Made by a program: the position numbers and the translations under genes. From NCBI GenBank assembly GCA_965279525.1, contig CBDIIB010000004.1, positions 1,248,001 to 1,312,000 of the forward strand: a stretch of 64,000 nucleotides of DNA. Reading direction: 5' to 3'. The stretch is from Tagaea sp. (GTDB lineage: Bacteria > Pseudomonadota > Alphaproteobacteria > CACIAM-22H2). Under the pieces are notes generated by a model. It did no database searches, was not told the origin of the DNA, and worked only from the letters and a program-made list of their open reading frames with translations. Below are positions 47,045-57,097 of this stretch, piece by piece. How positions within the stretch are numbered: position 1 is the stretch's first letter; the number at the start of each line of letters is the position of its first letter.

Positions 47045-48168
47045 CGGTCGCGACAATCCGTTCCATTGACGGCCATGCCGTCCGAGCCAGCGCGAAAACC
47101 ATCTGGGCTTTCGTCCGCATATGCGACTCCGAGGGCAACTTCGGCTGGGGCGAAGCGACGCTCGCAGGTCAAGAAAGCCGGCTAGCGGCAGCATTGGCAC
47201 CTATAGCTGCAGGTTTGCTCGGCACCAGTGCGCTTCCGAGTGACAACCCGCTTGGGCGCTGCGGCATAAGCCGCACAGATCGAGCCGGTGCCGCGATCGC
47301 CAGCGCGCTCGACCAAGCACTATGGGATGCCGCAGGACGCCGCGAGGGCCGGCCGATGCGCGAAGCCATCGGAACGCCGGTGCTCGACAAGATTCCACTC
47401 TACGCGAACATCAACAGACGGACAGTCGACCGAACCCCGGCAGGCTTCGCCGCCAGCGCGCGAAAGGCGATTGCTGACGGATTCGAGACGGTGAAGATTG
47501 CGCCTTTCGATGCCGTCCGGCCAGGAAGCGGCGACTACGTCACGGAAGGGATCGCGCGTGCCGCAGCAGTCCGCACCGAGATCGGACCGTCACGACGTCT
47601 TTTCATCGACTGCCATTGGCGCTTCGACCTTGCCAATGCGTCGATGGCACTCGACGCATTGGCCGAACTCGGAGTCTCCTGGTTCGAATGCCCGCTGCCG
47701 GAGCACCCGGAAAACTTCGAAGGTCTCAAGCAGCTGCGCGCACGGGCGAACAGGATCGGCGCGGTGCTGGCAGGATGCGAGACGGAAACCACGCTTGAGG
47801 GATTCCGGCCTTTCATCGATGCCGGCACCTATGACGTACTGATGCCCGATATCAAGTATGCTGGAGGCATAGCCGAATTCCGGCGGACTGCTGAATACGC
47901 ATCGACGCACGGCATGAAAGTGGCGCCTCACAATCCGAGCGGACCCGTGTCTCACGTCGCGAGTCTCCAACTCTGCGCGACACTGCCCGGAATGACCATT
48001 CTCGAACACCAATACGACGAGAGTCCTGCCTTCACCTCCATCGTGTCGGACCAATTGCCACGTACCCGTCACGGATCCAGCGAGTTGCCAACAGGCCCCG
48101 GGCTCGGCATCGCGCTCGACTCCGCAAAGCTTTGTCCGCTTTCTGAACTTGGCGGACCGTCGGCGTGA
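47041..48168 (+). CDS. Mandelate racemase/enolase-superfamily acid-sugar dehydratase (DgoD-like)
   Basis: GWGEAT, DQALWD, YANIN, VKIAPFD, metal ligands IDCH / FECP / GCE, MPD, PHN, LE. Confidence 0.88.
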   Translation: MTVATIRSIDGHAVRASAKTIWAFVRICDSEGNFGWGEATLAGQESRLAAALAPIAAGLLGTSALPSDNPLGRCGISRTDRAGAAIASALDQALWDAAGRREGRPMREAIGTPVLDKIPLYANINRRTVDRTPAGFAASARKAIADGFETVKIAPFDAVRPGSGDYVTEGIARAAAVRTEIGPSRRLFIDCHWRFDLANASMALDALAELGVSWFECPLPEHPENFEGLKQLRARANRIGAVLAGCETETTLEGFRPFIDAGTYDVLMPDIKYAGGIAEFRRTAEYASTHGMKVAPHNPSGPVSHVASLQLCATLPGMTILEHQYDESPAFTSIVSDQLPRTRHGSSELPTGPGLGIALDSAKLCPLSELGGPSA

Positions 48169-48941
48169 TCGCCCTCCACCACGTCCGCAGGCTTGCCGAG
48201 TTCGGCCTCGCATTGGGGGTTGTCGGCATCGCGTGGCATGCGGTGGCGCTACGTGTCGCGAACGCGACCCTTGTTCCCGCGCCGCTCGCCGTCGGCAAGG
48301 CATGGCTGGAACTTCTCCAAAGTGATTTGCCGACCGACATCGCTGCCAGCCTCGTACATCTTGCGACCGGATATGGCGCCGGTGCGACGCTCGGCTTGGC
48401 ACTTGCGGTGCTGTGCGCCCGATTCGAGATCGTCGATGCGATCGCCGACCCGTTCATGGAACTCCTGCGGCCAATCGGCGCAATCGCATGGATCCCGATC
48501 GCGATCATCTTCTTCGGTATCGGACGCGGCGTTCCGATCTTCCTGATTTTTTACGCTTCGGCCTTTCCGATTTTCGTCAATACGCTGGCGGGAATCCGGC
48601 AAGTCGATCTGAACCTCCTCAATGCCGCGCGGTCACTGGGAGCCCCGCCGCGTATGGTCGTCACGCATGTCGTTTTGCCGGCGGCATTGCCGTTGGTGCT
48701 CGCAGGTGCTCGCCTCAGCCTTGGTGTCGCATGGGCCGCGATGGTTGCCGCCGAGCTCACCGGCGCAGATGCGGGCCTCGGATGGCGGATCTTCTGGTAT
48801 CAGGAGTTTTTCGCCATGGACAAGGTGATGGCGGTGATCCTGTCGATTGGCGTTCTCGGTTACGCGCTCGATATGGTCCTGCGGCGCATCCAGTCAGAGC
48901 TCACACGCTGGAGTGCCGATACCCGCATGGAGGCCAGATGA
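48165..48941 (+). CDS. NitT/TauT ABC permease
   Basis: LRPIGAIAWIP, AARSLGA, LPAALP, AAEL. Confidence 0.92.
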   Translation: MIALHHVRRLAEFGLALGVVGIAWHAVALRVANATLVPAPLAVGKAWLELLQSDLPTDIAASLVHLATGYGAGATLGLALAVLCARFEIVDAIADPFMELLRPIGAIAWIPIAIIFFGIGRGVPIFLIFYASAFPIFVNTLAGIRQVDLNLLNAARSLGAPPRMVVTHVVLPAALPLVLAGARLSLGVAWAAMVAAELTGADAGLGWRIFWYQEFFAMDKVMAVILSIGVLGYALDMVLRRIQSELTRWSADTRMEAR

Positions 48942-49717
48942 CGCTGAATCAGCGCCGGGCCGCACCGCTTGTTTTCTTCTCGATTGTCCTGGTCGCATGG
49001 GAAGCGGGCGTCCATGCCACAGGATCAGCGAGAATCGCGCCATACCCGGTTGGCATCGCCGAGGCGGCCGTACGTGCGCTCGCGGACGGCACACTACTGA
49101 CCGCCATTGCCGGCAGCCTGCAGCGGGTCACGACCGGATTCGTGATCGCGGCTCTGCTCGGCATTCCGCTCGGCCTGCTCATGGGGCTCGCCGAACCCGT
49201 CCGCCGTGCTCTCGACCCGATCGTCGACTCGCTACGTGCGATCGCACCGATCGCTTGGATACCGATGGCGCTGCTCTGGCTTGGCATCCGCGGAAATGCC
49301 GCGCTGTTTATCGTCGCATACGCCGCCTTCTTCCCGTTCGTGCTCAATACAATTCAGGCAGTCCGGCTCATCGACCGTCGCCTGGTCGACGCCGGGCGGG
49401 CGCTCGGCGCCGGGCGATGGCTGACATTGCGCGCGATCATCATCCCTGGAGCGCTACCCGTCGTGCTCACCGGCGCACGAATCGCGATGGCATTCGCATG
49501 GGGATCGATCATCGCGGCAGAGATGGCGATCGGCATCAAGGTCAATCCGGGTGGAGCGGCAACTGTTGGGTTGGGGCAACTTATGGTCAATACTCTCTAC
49601 ATAAAACGGGACATAAACGGCCTTGTCCTCTACATGGCCAGCATCGGACTTATCAGCATGGCGATTGACTATGGCGTTCGCTCGCTCCTGCGCGCGGTGA
49701 CCCCATGGCAGAAATGA
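48938..49717 (+). CDS. NitT/TauT ABC permease
   Basis: LRAIAPIAWIP, AGRALGA, IPGALP, AAEM. Confidence 0.92.
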   Translation: MTLNQRRAAPLVFFSIVLVAWEAGVHATGSARIAPYPVGIAEAAVRALADGTLLTAIAGSLQRVTTGFVIAALLGIPLGLLMGLAEPVRRALDPIVDSLRAIAPIAWIPMALLWLGIRGNAALFIVAYAAFFPFVLNTIQAVRLIDRRLVDAGRALGAGRWLTLRAIIIPGALPVVLTGARIAMAFAWGSIIAAEMAIGIKVNPGGAATVGLGQLMVNTLYIKRDINGLVLYMASIGLISMAIDYGVRSLLRAVTPWQK

Positions 49718-50520
49718 GCGCGCCCAAGATCGAGGCGATTGGCCTCGGGAAGACCTACGTTTCGGCCCGCAAGGGAACGCAGGTCGAAGCACTGCGTGAC
49801 GTGTCGTTCCAGGTCATGCCGAACGAGTTCGTGTCGATCGTCGGACCCTCGGGCTGCGGAAAGTCGACACTCCTATCTCTTGTCGCAGGATTTTCAACAC
49901 CTTCGTCCGGCGCCATCCGCTTCGACGGCCGGACGATCACGGGACCAGGCCCGGAGCGAGGCGTGATGTTCCAAGACTACGCCCTGTTTCCATGGCGAAC
50001 GGTCCGCGGAAACATCGAATTCGGCCCGCTTGCCCGGGGCCTCGACACCGCACGACGGATCGATCTCGTCCGGCGGAATATCGAGATGGTGGGACTTGCG
50101 GGATTCGAGGATCGATATCCGCACGAACTCTCCGGCGGCATGCGGCAGCGCTGCGCCCTCGCTCGCCTGCTCGCCAACGAGCCGGAGGTCTGGCTCATGG
50201 ATGAGCCGCTTGCGGCCGTTGACTTGCAGACGCGCGTTATCCTGCAGGACGAGCTTCTCCGACTGTGGGGTGATGCAAGCTTCGGGGTCGAACGGAAATC
50301 GGTGCTTTTCGTCACACATGGAATCGACGAAGCCGTCTACCTGTCCGACCGCGTGGTTGTGCTCGGCCGCAGGCCGGGCCAGATCAAGGAGATCGTCACG
50401 GTCGACCTGCCTCGTCCGCGCGTCGGTATGCGCTCGTCGCCCGAGGTGGCTCGGCTCGTCGAACACATCTGGAACCTGATCCGCGCAGAGGCCGCGCGGG
50501 CGATCGTCGAAGAGCCATAG
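49714..50520 (+). CDS. NitT/TauT ABC ATP-binding protein
   Basis: GPSGCGKST, YPHELSGGMRQR, MDEP, VTHGIDEA. Confidence 0.94.
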   Translation: MSAPKIEAIGLGKTYVSARKGTQVEALRDVSFQVMPNEFVSIVGPSGCGKSTLLSLVAGFSTPSSGAIRFDGRTITGPGPERGVMFQDYALFPWRTVRGNIEFGPLARGLDTARRIDLVRRNIEMVGLAGFEDRYPHELSGGMRQRCALARLLANEPEVWLMDEPLAAVDLQTRVILQDELLRLWGDASFGVERKSVLFVTHGIDEAVYLSDRVVVLGRRPGQIKEIVTVDLPRPRVGMRSSPEVARLVEHIWNLIRAEAARAIVEEP

Positions 50521-50557
50521 AAACCAGAAACGCAAAACCAAAACCCGGAGGAACCCA

Positions 50558-51775
50558 ATGGAACGCGATGCGAATACGACACGACGTTCGGTCCTTAAGG
50601 CTGGCGGCGCCGCTGCCCTGGCGGCATTGCCGCTCTTCCGTGCCAGCCCGTCGCTCGCACAGGCACTGAAGATGTCGATGGGAGTCGGCCTCACGAATGA
50701 CGGAGCGCCGCTCGTTTTCGCGATGCAGCGCGATAAGCTCCTGGAAAAGGCGGCGGAAGAACTCGGCATCCGCATCGATGCCGAGTACCTGAACTTCCCG
50801 GTGCTGCTCCGGATGCTCCAGGGACTTGCCGCCGGCCAGCTCGACATCGGCATGCTCGGCTCGACGCCGACGATCCGCAACCTCGCCCAACCGAACCCGG
50901 CCGTGCCGATCGCGATTGGCGGCGGCGGGATCAAGTTTCCACTGCAGGTCCCGAAAGGATCGCCGATCAGGAAACTCGACGACCTGCGCGGCAAGACGAT
51001 CCTGACGATCGTCGGATCCGATCTCCATCTTGTGCTGATGCTGATGTTGAAAGCACATTTCGGGACAGACGACGTCAAGGAACTGAACATCACGGTCAAG
51101 AACATCCAGGCATTCACCGAATTGACGCGCGCGCAGCCCGGGATCGATGCCGTTCTGAACGTCGATCCGGCTGCCCGGGGTGCCGAAAACGCAGGCGAGC
51201 TCGTGGCGCTCGTGCGCAACGACGGATCGACCGGTCCGGCCTACGACGGCCCGGAAGGAAAGGGCGAGGGTCACAAGGTCGCGAGCTTCAGCAAGACCGG
51301 ATTTCATCCTGAAGCCTACTATCCGCACCGGATCTGGTGGGTCGCGCGCGAGCAGTTCATGCGCGAGAACCCGAAGGCCGTCGTGGCGCTTCTCGTCGCC
51401 AATGCGCGTGCCGTCCAGTTGACGACAAAGATGACGACGGACGAGGTGATCGATCTTGCAAACAAGGAATGGTTCAGCGACCGCGCGGCCCAGCGCCCCT
51501 ATGTCGAGAACATCCTTTACCGCAAGCGCGGCTGGTCGTGGATCACCGAGGGAGACGCGCGCTCCCTGATAGGCATGTCGAAAGTCAAGACGATCTTCCA
51601 AAGCGAGCTCAATCCTGACTCCGTCAAGCGCACGCTTGCTCTCGGAGCGCCGCTTTCTCGAGAGGCTTGGGAACGGGTCGGCAAGGACCCCGCCCCGGCC
51701 GCATTTTCCGACCGCACGGCGCCAGACACCCGTGGCGCACCGGTATGGGAAGTCGACACTTGGAAGCTCGCATGA
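50558..51775 (+). CDS. NitT/TauT ABC substrate-binding protein (Tat-type signal)
   Basis: TRRSVLK leader, GQLDIG.LG.TP, SPIRKLDDLRGK; GGAGG SD. Confidence 0.85.
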   Translation: MERDANTTRRSVLKAGGAAALAALPLFRASPSLAQALKMSMGVGLTNDGAPLVFAMQRDKLLEKAAEELGIRIDAEYLNFPVLLRMLQGLAAGQLDIGMLGSTPTIRNLAQPNPAVPIAIGGGGIKFPLQVPKGSPIRKLDDLRGKTILTIVGSDLHLVLMLMLKAHFGTDDVKELNITVKNIQAFTELTRAQPGIDAVLNVDPAARGAENAGELVALVRNDGSTGPAYDGPEGKGEGHKVASFSKTGFHPEAYYPHRIWWVAREQFMRENPKAVVALLVANARAVQLTTKMTTDEVIDLANKEWFSDRAAQRPYVENILYRKRGWSWITEGDARSLIGMSKVKTIFQSELNPDSVKRTLALGAPLSREAWERVGKDPAPAAFSDRTAPDTRGAPVWEVDTWKLA

Positions 51776-52674
51776 CGAAGGCAGACGTCCAGACGATCGG
51801 TCGTCACGAGTCCGTCGCGATCCACCATGGCAATGCCGTCACAGGCGAATGCCCGTTCTGGGACGTCCGTTCCGGCATGCTGTGGTGGGTCGATATCCAG
51901 GGACAACGACTTCTTGGCTGTTCGCCGGACAGCGGCGAGACGGTCGAACACGCGCTTCCGAGCATGCCGGGGCTGCTGGTGGGGCGAAGGAAAGGTGGGC
52001 TGCTCGTCGGCCTCGAAGACGGCCTCTATCCATTTGATCCCGCTGGCGGGCTCGGTGAACGCATTTTCGCCGTCGAGGACGACATGCCGGCGACGCGGAT
52101 CAACGAAGGCAAGCCCGATCCAGTCGGCAGGCTCTGGTTCGGCACGATGGACAAATCCGGATCCGGCGCACCGCTCGGCTCGCTCTATCGGCTCGACCTT
52201 GACGGTCGCCTGACACGTGTCCGCACGGAGGTCCGCATCCCGAATGCGATTGATTTCACGACGGACGGATCCCAGTTCTTTTTCTGCGATACGCGCAGCC
52301 GGACGATCGAGGTCGCGGCATACGATCAGGTAGCCGGAACTGCCGGCGCGCCGCGAACGTTCGCGCAGTTCGCCGAGCCCGGCGCACCAGATGGCAGCTG
52401 CATCGATGCCGAAGGCGGACTTTGGGTGGCCGTGATCGACGCCGGTAGGATCGAGCGGTTCCGGCCGGACGGCACGCTCGATCTCGTCGTGGAACTTCCG
52501 GTTTCGCGCCCCACAATGCCCACGCTCGGCGGGCCTGACGGACGCACCCTGTTCGTGACGTCCCAACGCCGCGTCCTGTCCGCGCAGGAACTCGCCCGCC
52601 AACCGCTTGCCGGCGATCTCATCGCAGTCCGCGTACCCTATTCCGCACGCCCGCCTTTCCTCGCCGCGTTCTAG
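51772..52674 (+). CDS. SMP-30/gluconolactonase/LRE-family sugar lactonase
   Basis: GECPFWD, WVDI, RINEG..D..GR.W.GTM, PN, PDG...D.EG..W, FVTS. Confidence 0.92.
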   Translation: MTKADVQTIGRHESVAIHHGNAVTGECPFWDVRSGMLWWVDIQGQRLLGCSPDSGETVEHALPSMPGLLVGRRKGGLLVGLEDGLYPFDPAGGLGERIFAVEDDMPATRINEGKPDPVGRLWFGTMDKSGSGAPLGSLYRLDLDGRLTRVRTEVRIPNAIDFTTDGSQFFFCDTRSRTIEVAAYDQVAGTAGAPRTFAQFAEPGAPDGSCIDAEGGLWVAVIDAGRIERFRPDGTLDLVVELPVSRPTMPTLGGPDGRTLFVTSQRRVLSAQELARQPLAGDLIAVRVPYSARPPFLAAF

Positions 52675-53030
52675 GACTGGCCCGCGCGCAGGCTGAATAC
52701 GCGTTCCAGCGCGATCCGCAGCGGGCCATCGCCGTCCTGGAGGAGAATGTCGGACATGTACGCCTGCCAGCGCCGCCAGACCGGGTTTCCGCGAAACGCA
52801 TCCATCTGATGGTCGGCACGACGAACGACAAACGCGAACAGCAGGCCATACTCGCGCATCAGATGGATTTCGAAATGGAGAATGCCTGCGCCTTCGATCG
52901 TCGCGCGCATTTCCGGCCATATCTCGTCGTGCCGCTTCTCGTACTCGGCCTCGGTGCCCGGCCGCAGGCGCAGGCAAAAAGCGATACTCTCGGCCGCAGG
53001 CAACGGCCCGATCAGGTTAACGGCGTTCAT
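52671..53030 (-). CDS. rhaM: L-rhamnose mutarotase family protein
   Basis: LRPG..AEY..RH..IWPE, GI....I, LF, WQ.YM. Confidence 0.85.
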   Translation of the reverse strand: MNAVNLIGPLPAAESIAFCLRLRPGTEAEYEKRHDEIWPEMRATIEGAGILHFEIHLMREYGLLFAFVVRRADHQMDAFRGNPVWRRWQAYMSDILLQDGDGPLRIALERVFSLRAGQS

Positions 53031-53059
53031 ATGCCCTCCTTCAATCGGAAAATCGGCAC

Positions 53060-53089
53060 TTGAGATATGACTGATATCTCAGTTATAGA
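53060..53089. promoter_or_regulatory. Divergent promoter with GntR operator
   Basis: Perfect 8-5-8 palindrome TGAGATAT-GACTG-ATATCTCA at 53061-53081 within TTGAGA-N18-TATAGA. Confidence 0.7.
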
Positions 53090-53096
53090 TCAAGCC

Positions 53097-53747
53097 ATGA
53101 GCCAAGCGATGCTACGTCACAAGGCCTATGACCGATTCAAGGAGCGGCTTTTCGCCCGCGCCCTTGAGCCAGGACAATTCATCACGCAGCGCGAATTGAG
53201 CGAGATCGTCAAGATCCCCATCGGTCCGCTTCGCGAGGCGCTCAAGAAGCTCGAAGCCGAGGCCCTTGTCCGGCTGATCCCGCAGCGCGGCATCCAGATC
53301 GCTGACGTGAACGTCACCCTGCTGAACGAAGCCTTCGGACTGCGCCGGATACTGGAACTTGCGGCCGCGCGCCATTTCGCGGCGGAAGCGCCGATGTCGC
53401 TGATCCGCGATCTCGAGGCGCAGACCGCTCGAGTGTTGAAGCGTATTCGCCCGAACCCGGATCGAGAGGCGCTCGACGAGGCACTGCGGGTCGACTGGAT
53501 GATGCACGATCTGGTGATCGACCGGCTCGGGAACCGAACGCTATCGGACGTCCATCGCCTGAACTTCGACAAGATCCGTCTTGCGCGACTGCACCGCCGT
53601 TTCACGCCGGAGCGCGTGCGGCCGGCGATCGAGGAGCACATGGCCGTCATTGCCGGGTTCCGCGCCCGCAGCCCGGACGCCGCCGCGGCCGCCCTCGACC
53701 GCCATCTGACCATCGCTCACCAGAGGGCGGTCGGGTTGGCACCATGA
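53097..53747 (+). CDS. GntR-family regulator (FCD subfamily)
   Basis: PLREAL..LE.E.LV...PQRG HTH; FCD with H and EH..I; start moved to 53097 because ATG 53067 lies inside the operator. Confidence 0.9.
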   Translation: MSQAMLRHKAYDRFKERLFARALEPGQFITQRELSEIVKIPIGPLREALKKLEAEALVRLIPQRGIQIADVNVTLLNEAFGLRRILELAAARHFAAEAPMSLIRDLEAQTARVLKRIRPNPDREALDEALRVDWMMHDLVIDRLGNRTLSDVHRLNFDKIRLARLHRRFTPERVRPAIEEHMAVIAGFRARSPDAAAAALDRHLTIAHQRAVGLAP

Positions 53748-55219
53748 CGAAGCGGCCCAACCTGCTATTCCTTTTCTCCGATCAGCATGCTTTCCATGTA
53801 GCGGGATGCTACGGCGACCGCATCGCGAAAACGCCCAATCTTGACTCGCTAGCGGCATCCGGCGTTACGTTCGATGCCGCCTACTGCCCATCGCCGATCT
53901 GCGTTCCGTCGCGCATGTCGATGCTGACGGCATGCCATCCCTCCACTCAGGATTGCTGGACGAACGACGACTTTCTCGCCTCCGACCGGGCGACCTGGCC
54001 GCATGCCTTGGGGGCCGCCGGTTATCGACCCATCCTGATCGGCCGATTGCACGCGATGGGCCCGGATCAGCTGCACGGCTATGCTGAGCGCGAGATCGGC
54101 GATCACAGTCCAAACTGGGCTGGCGTCCCGCGCCACGACATGGGCGTGCTCAACGAAACGAATGATCCGCACCGCACGAGCGTCGTGCGCAGCGGGTCCG
54201 GCGAAAGCGCCTACGAAATCAAGGACCGGGATGTGACCCGGGCCGCAGTCGCGTGCATCGATCGCCTCGGCACGCAGCGTAGATCCGGAAATACCGAGCC
54301 ATTCGCACTATCCGTTGGATTCATGCTGCCCCATCCGCCCTATGTCGCGACCAAGGCGGACTATGCGCTTTTTTCAGGAAAAGTGAGCCCGCCGCGACTC
54401 GCGGCGCCCTCACCGGACAGCGAGCATCCGTGGCTCGCTTGGTGGCGCAACAACAGGGGTATCGAAACTGTCGATCCGGAAGATGCGCATCGCGCACGCG
54501 CCGCATATTACGCACTCACATTCAGGCTCGACGCGATGATCGGCGAAGTACTCGACGCACTGCATCGCAACGGCCTCGCCGAGGATACACTGATCGTCTA
54601 CACGACGGACCACGGCGACCAGATCGGCGAGCGTGGACTTTGGTGGAAGCACACGTTCTACGAGGAGTCCGTTCGGGTTCCGATGATCCTGTCCTGGCCC
54701 GGGACGATCCCGGCCGGCCAGCGCCGCTCTCAGGTCGTCAACCTCGTCGATCTGTCCGCGACAATGCTCGCGGCGTTGGGCGCTCCGCCCCTTCCTGGTT
54801 CGCAAGGTCGCAGCTTCCTCGACGTGGCAAAGAACGGTGACGCGCCTTGGCTCGACGAAACCGTATCGGAATACTGCACCGATGAAGTTCCGGTTTGGAC
54901 CGGCGGAATGGCCGTGCGCCAGCGCATGCTGCGCCGGGGCAGGTGGAAGCTCGTCTACTATCACGGATATCGCCCACAGCTCTTCGACCTCACGACGGAT
55001 CCCGACGAATTATGCGACCTTGCGGAATCCCCGACACATGCATCGGTCGTGGCAAGCCTGCTGGAACGTCTCCTGTCGGACTGGAACCCGGACGACGTGG
55101 ATTTGCGGATGCGCGCACGCCGCCGCAACAAGGACATGATCGGCGCCTGGGCACGCCGAACGAGCCCGCCCAACGCCTATCTCTGGCCAACGAAGCCAGA
55201 GCAGAACCGCCTCGATTGA
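53744..55219 (+). CDS. Formylglycine-dependent sulfatase (choline-sulfatase-like, cytoplasmic)
   Basis: PNLLFLFSDQH, CVPSRMSMLT, GRLH, PHPPY, TTDHG, WWKH; no signal peptide. Confidence 0.93.
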   Translation: MTKRPNLLFLFSDQHAFHVAGCYGDRIAKTPNLDSLAASGVTFDAAYCPSPICVPSRMSMLTACHPSTQDCWTNDDFLASDRATWPHALGAAGYRPILIGRLHAMGPDQLHGYAEREIGDHSPNWAGVPRHDMGVLNETNDPHRTSVVRSGSGESAYEIKDRDVTRAAVACIDRLGTQRRSGNTEPFALSVGFMLPHPPYVATKADYALFSGKVSPPRLAAPSPDSEHPWLAWWRNNRGIETVDPEDAHRARAAYYALTFRLDAMIGEVLDALHRNGLAEDTLIVYTTDHGDQIGERGLWWKHTFYEESVRVPMILSWPGTIPAGQRRSQVVNLVDLSATMLAALGAPPLPGSQGRSFLDVAKNGDAPWLDETVSEYCTDEVPVWTGGMAVRQRMLRRGRWKLVYYHGYRPQLFDLTTDPDELCDLAESPTHASVVASLLERLLSDWNPDDVDLRMRARRRNKDMIGAWARRTSPPNAYLWPTKPEQNRLD

Positions 55220-55269
55220 AACTGAAACAACGGCCGACAGAGCCGAACGACGCAAGGAGGAAAACGAAT

Positions 55270-56295
55270 ATGCTCAAGAAACTGATCGCCGCATTCGCGC
55301 TGCTTGGCGCGAGTGTTGCCACGGCCCAGCCACTCGAGATCAAGATCGGCGCTGCCTATGCTACCGACCATGCCGCCGCTTTCATCGGCGTCGAACGCGG
55401 CATATTCGCCAAGCACGGTCTCGACGCGAAAATAGTCATGTATCAGACCGGCGTCGAGATGATCAACGGACTGCTCGCCAACGCGCAGGACGTCAACATC
55501 ATGGGATCAATTCCGTTCCTCGCAGGCGTGTCGCGCGGGCAGCCCATCGTCCTGATCGGCCATCTGCACGGCGACGCGCTGTCGACGAACTACTCGCAGA
55601 ACAACGCGCTGATCACGACACCGCAGGGCGGTGTCCGCAAAGACGATCTTCAAAGCCTGCGGGGCAAGAAGATCGGCCTTGCGCGCGGAACGGGCGCGGA
55701 AGGTTATCTTCTCGGCATTCTCGCCCAGGCAGGTCTCAAGGACACGGACATGACGCTCGTGAATTTGCGCCCAGCCGATACAGCCACGGCTCTTCGCCAG
55801 GGAGACGTGCACGCTGTTGCGGCATGGGAACCATGGGCGACCGTCACGACACTTCGCACGCCCGGCGCCATCGAGATTATCCGGGGCAACTGCAATAGCT
55901 GCTATGATCCGGGATCCATCCTGACCACACGCGCGACGATCGCCCAGAAGTCGGAACAGCTCCGCCGTTTCATGGTCGCATTTTCCGAGTCGCACCAGTG
56001 GCTCCGCCAGAACTACGACGCGGCAGCGGAAATCAACATGCGCTGGATCACCGGGATCGAAATGGACATCATGAAAGTGGCCATCCGGAACTCCCTCTAC
56101 GATCTCCGGGTGACCAAAAACACGCTCGAAGGCTATGACAAGAAGACGATTCCGGCCCTGGTTGCCGACAAGCGGATGGCGCGTTCGCTGCCCGCAGCGA
56201 GCGTCGTAGATGCCCAATTCTACAAGCACGTCGAGGCTGTTGCACCGCAGTTTTTCTCCGATCTGAAGCCGGTCCCGGCGGACCGCCGTCTCTGA
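55270..56295 (+). CDS. NitT/TauT ABC substrate-binding protein
   Basis: Signal peptide, GIFAKHGLD, LRGKKIG...GT, AWEPW; AGGAGG SD. Confidence 0.9.
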   Translation: MLKKLIAAFALLGASVATAQPLEIKIGAAYATDHAAAFIGVERGIFAKHGLDAKIVMYQTGVEMINGLLANAQDVNIMGSIPFLAGVSRGQPIVLIGHLHGDALSTNYSQNNALITTPQGGVRKDDLQSLRGKKIGLARGTGAEGYLLGILAQAGLKDTDMTLVNLRPADTATALRQGDVHAVAAWEPWATVTTLRTPGAIEIIRGNCNSCYDPGSILTTRATIAQKSEQLRRFMVAFSESHQWLRQNYDAAAEINMRWITGIEMDIMKVAIRNSLYDLRVTKNTLEGYDKKTIPALVADKRMARSLPAASVVDAQFYKHVEAVAPQFFSDLKPVPADRRL

Positions 56296-56308
56296 GAAGG
56301 TTGGAGAG

Positions 56309-57097
56309 ATGACGAATGTTCGGATCGCCGCACGCGATCTAAGACTGGAGTACCGCGACGAGACGCGTGGCGAGCGTCACGTCGCGGTCGACCATCTGTC
56401 GCTCGACGTTCTCGCCGACGAGTTTTTCTGTGTCGTCGGTCCGAGCGGTTGCGGCAAGTCCACGCTGATATCGGCGATCGCGGGCTTCCTCAAGCCGCGT
56501 GCCGGAACCCTGACTCTCGACGGGAAATCGATCGACGGACCCGGGGCCGACCGCGGTGTCGTATTTCAGGAGTATGCCCTACTCCCCTGGATGACGGTTC
56601 TCGACAACGTGGCCCTTGGCCCCAAACTGAAGGGCGTTCCGAAAGCCGAGCGTCATGAACGTGCGCGACACTATCTTGAAATGGCGAACCTGGCGGACGC
56701 AGCACAGAAGTATCCCCACGAACTTTCGGGCGGCATGAAGCAGCGTACGGCCGTCGCGCGGACGCTGGCAAACGAGCCTGAAGTGATGCTGATGGACGAG
56801 CCGTTTGCGGCGATCGATGCGCAGACGCGAATGACCCTCCAAGAGGAGCTGCTCCGCATCTGGGCCGCCGCGCGGATTACGGTCCTTTTCGTAACGCACA
56901 GTGTCGAGGAAGCCTGTTTTCTTGGCGACCGGGTAGCCATTCTCACACCCGGACCTGGTCGCGTGAAGGAGATCGTCGACGTGCCGATCGCCCGCGACCG
57001 CCGCAGTTGGGCGGAACTGGGTGCCGATCCCGAGTTTACCCGCATCAAGGATCATGTCCTTGCGTCGGTCCGCGGCGTGGACCGACAGGCAGCATGA
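56309..57097 (+). CDS. NitT/TauT ABC ATP-binding protein
   Basis: GPSGCGKST, YPHELSGGMKQR, MDEPF, VTHSVEEA. Confidence 0.94.
   Translation: MTNVRIAARDLRLEYRDETRGERHVAVDHLSLDVLADEFFCVVGPSGCGKSTLISAIAGFLKPRAGTLTLDGKSIDGPGADRGVVFQEYALLPWMTVLDNVALGPKLKGVPKAERHERARHYLEMANLADAAQKYPHELSGGMKQRTAVARTLANEPEVMLMDEPFAAIDAQTRMTLQEELLRIWAAARITVLFVTHSVEEACFLGDRVAILTPGPGRVKEIVDVPIARDRRSWAELGADPEFTRIKDHVLASVRGVDRQAA

Noticed and set aside
50519-50557. A/C-rich run of AAACC-like units before the SBP gene
   Set aside because: Too short and irregular for a repeat array. Most likely an unstructured leader ahead of the GGAGG SD.
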